From positions 1 to 47,389 of the forward strand of contig DNVR01000010.1 in the NCBI GenBank assembly GCA_003507445.1: DNA of 47,389 nucleotides. The letters run 5' to 3'. The DNA comes from Candidatus Moraniibacteriota bacterium. GTDB taxonomy: Bacteria > Patescibacteriota > Minisyncoccia > Moranbacterales > GWC2-37-73. Position 1 is the stretch's first letter, and each line of letters starts with the position of its first letter. Positions 45,887-47,389 of this stretch are shown one piece after another. Both the position numbers and the translations under genes were made by a program. Below the pieces are notes generated by a model. The model saw only the letters and a program-made list of their open reading frames with translations, was not told the DNA's origin and ran no database searches.

Positions 45887-45956
45887 TGTCATCTTCGGCT
45901 TAACTGGGATCCAGAGTGATGCCTAGCCCTTGATTCCATTTTTCACGGGAATGACA
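45887..45956. repeat. Degenerate palindromic element, family B
   Basis: TGTCAT ... GATTCCATTTTTCACGGGAATGACA; right arm is the reverse complement of the 33699 half element. Confidence 0.7.
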
Positions 45957-46102
45957 GTGGAGGTAAATAACAATCCTCCACCAAGATTGGTCCACCCTTT
46001 TTAATGTCGCACAACCCCTTTGTATGTAAAAAAGAAAAACATATAAAAAAATACGGAATAATTTATATGTTTAATTTGGAAACAAAGAAATAAACTGTGT
46101 CC

Positions 46103-47389
46103 TTAATCTTTATACACAATCATTTGATCAAGATATGTGCCTGTATTTGTACCCATAGCACCAACCAGAGCGCGAGAAGTGTCCAAATATAAATTAGCAC
46201 CAAAATATGGATCATGAACGACATACTTCCCTGTTTTGGATTCTTTCGTATGGATAACAACGTAGTGACCACCTTTTCCACCTGATTTTCCAATATAAAC
46301 AATCACGGGTTGTTTGTTTTTTACAAGTGAATCAATCGCTGTCCAACTCAAATTTCTATGCGAAGACCCATATGTATCCACCAGTGTTATTTTGGCATCT
46401 GACCATTCATTCATCTGCCACTTCATAAGATCAAATGAAAAAATCGGTTTTTTTGCCAATATTCCAGGGGTTATTTTACTGTCGCCATAAAATTTTGCAA
46501 CCATTGCAACTGAAGTCACTGCGCATCCCCAGTTTTTCATATCACTAGTTGAGTTACCAATGTTCACATCAGCCCATTTTGGATCTTTCTGAGAAAAAAA
46601 CCAACTGGTTGAAGCAAACACCGATGAAGGTGGCACATTTTTTTTAATATATTCATCCGCTGAAAGTCCACCAACACTGAAATTTCCACTCAAAAAGAGT
46701 TGGTCCATATTCAACAAATCTTGTTTTTGCTGTTCAACACGCTCAAGAAGTTGCGCATAGCGTGCTTCTTCGCCCTTGGTTTGTGCTAGCAAAGTCTCTT
46801 TTTGTTTTTTGGCAGACTCAAGAGTGGAACCCTGATTTTGCAATTTTTCTTTTGTTAGAACAAATTCTCCTTTTTTCTTATCAAGTTCTTTGCTTTGCAC
46901 TTCAAGATCATCCCTAATTTCCTTAACGGAAACAACCAGGTCTTTGATTTTATCCCCAGTCTGCGAAAGCCTGTCTTTTTCAACAATAAAGGAAGCAATG
47001 TTACCACTAGTTAAATATGAAACGATTGGACTTGCCAAATTCACTTCATAATATGCTTGCATCAAATTTGCCAACATTTCTTTTTGTGACAAAATTGTTT
47101 CACTTTTTTCTTTAATCTGTGCTTCAATGCGTGTTATTTGACTGTTATAATCATCGATTTGTTGTTTGCTGACTTCTATTTGAGCTTGAACCTGCTGAAT
47201 ACTAGTGTCAGTTATAGCCAGCTGATTATTTAATGTTTCGCCTTGCTTCTTTTTAATATCAATAATCTCGCGATAGACATCCGCGCGTTTTTCCAATTCC
47301 TCTATTTTTTCCTGCGTTTCTTCTTGCGCCTCAGTAATCTCATTTTCAATGCTATCAGTTTCAGCTTTAATATTTTGCCAAAACAAAAA
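46103..47389 (-). CDS. Coiled-coil protein with C-terminal C39-like peptidase domain (probable envelope hydrolase); 5' end outside the window
   Basis: PcsB/CwlO-like coiled coil; FSQKDPKW...GCAVTSVAM, GHYVVI, VHDP. Confidence 0.85.
   Translation of the reverse strand, partial: FLFWQNIKAETDSIENEITEAQEETQEKIEELEKRADVYREIIDIKKKQGETLNNQLAITDTSIQQVQAQIEVSKQQIDDYNSQITRIEAQIKEKSETILSQKEMLANLMQAYYEVNLASPIVSYLTSGNIASFIVEKDRLSQTGDKIKDLVVSVKEIRDDLEVQSKELDKKKGEFVLTKEKLQNQGSTLESAKKQKETLLAQTKGEEARYAQLLERVEQQKQDLLNMDQLFLSGNFSVGGLSADEYIKKNVPPSSVFASTSWFFSQKDPKWADVNIGNSTSDMKNWGCAVTSVAMVAKFYGDSKITPGILAKKPIFSFDLMKWQMNEWSDAKITLVDTYGSSHRNLSWTAIDSLVKNKQPVIVYIGKSGGKGGHYVVIHTKESKTGKYVVHDPYFGANLYLDTSRALVGAMGTNTGTYLDQMIVYKD

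Overview
This is an AT-rich bacterial chromosome segment with nearly all genes on the + strand. The gene set and the SD-less core genes suggest Patescibacteria (CPR, Parcubacteria/Moranbacteria-like); that assignment is an inference. Core genes are lepA (3' part), an FtsB-like gene, a PrsA/SurA-like PPIase, a ferredoxin, htrA, clpB, an rmlCBDA/galU/glyA glycan block, rplI, pyrG, rpmA, an archaeal-type pyrH, Rrf2-iscS-iscU, a GNAT and a coiled-coil C39-peptidase. Accessory blocks with strong SD motifs are interspersed: purM plus a large purL, secreted proteins next to a sortase, an orphan histidine kinase and several small ORFs. The strongest leads are: (1) a sortase with an LPASG substrate and an adjacent secreted protein sharing an unrecognised 53-aa N-terminal domain; (2) immediately downstream, a ~250-nt array of seven hairpins, several with CCUU (anti-SD-like) loops; (3) a family of CCCCnGTTAAA...TTTAACGGGGTAAA palindromic elements inserted at start codons, at a -35 box and in-frame inside a nuclease gene; (4) a TrpR/YerC-like gene bracketed by two copies of a 38-bp palindrome; (5) a small Cys-rich gene between duplicated promoters. 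No rRNA, tRNA, CRISPR array, transposase or integrase was seen. All assignments are by motif recognition and manual pairing, with no database searches or folding calculations.
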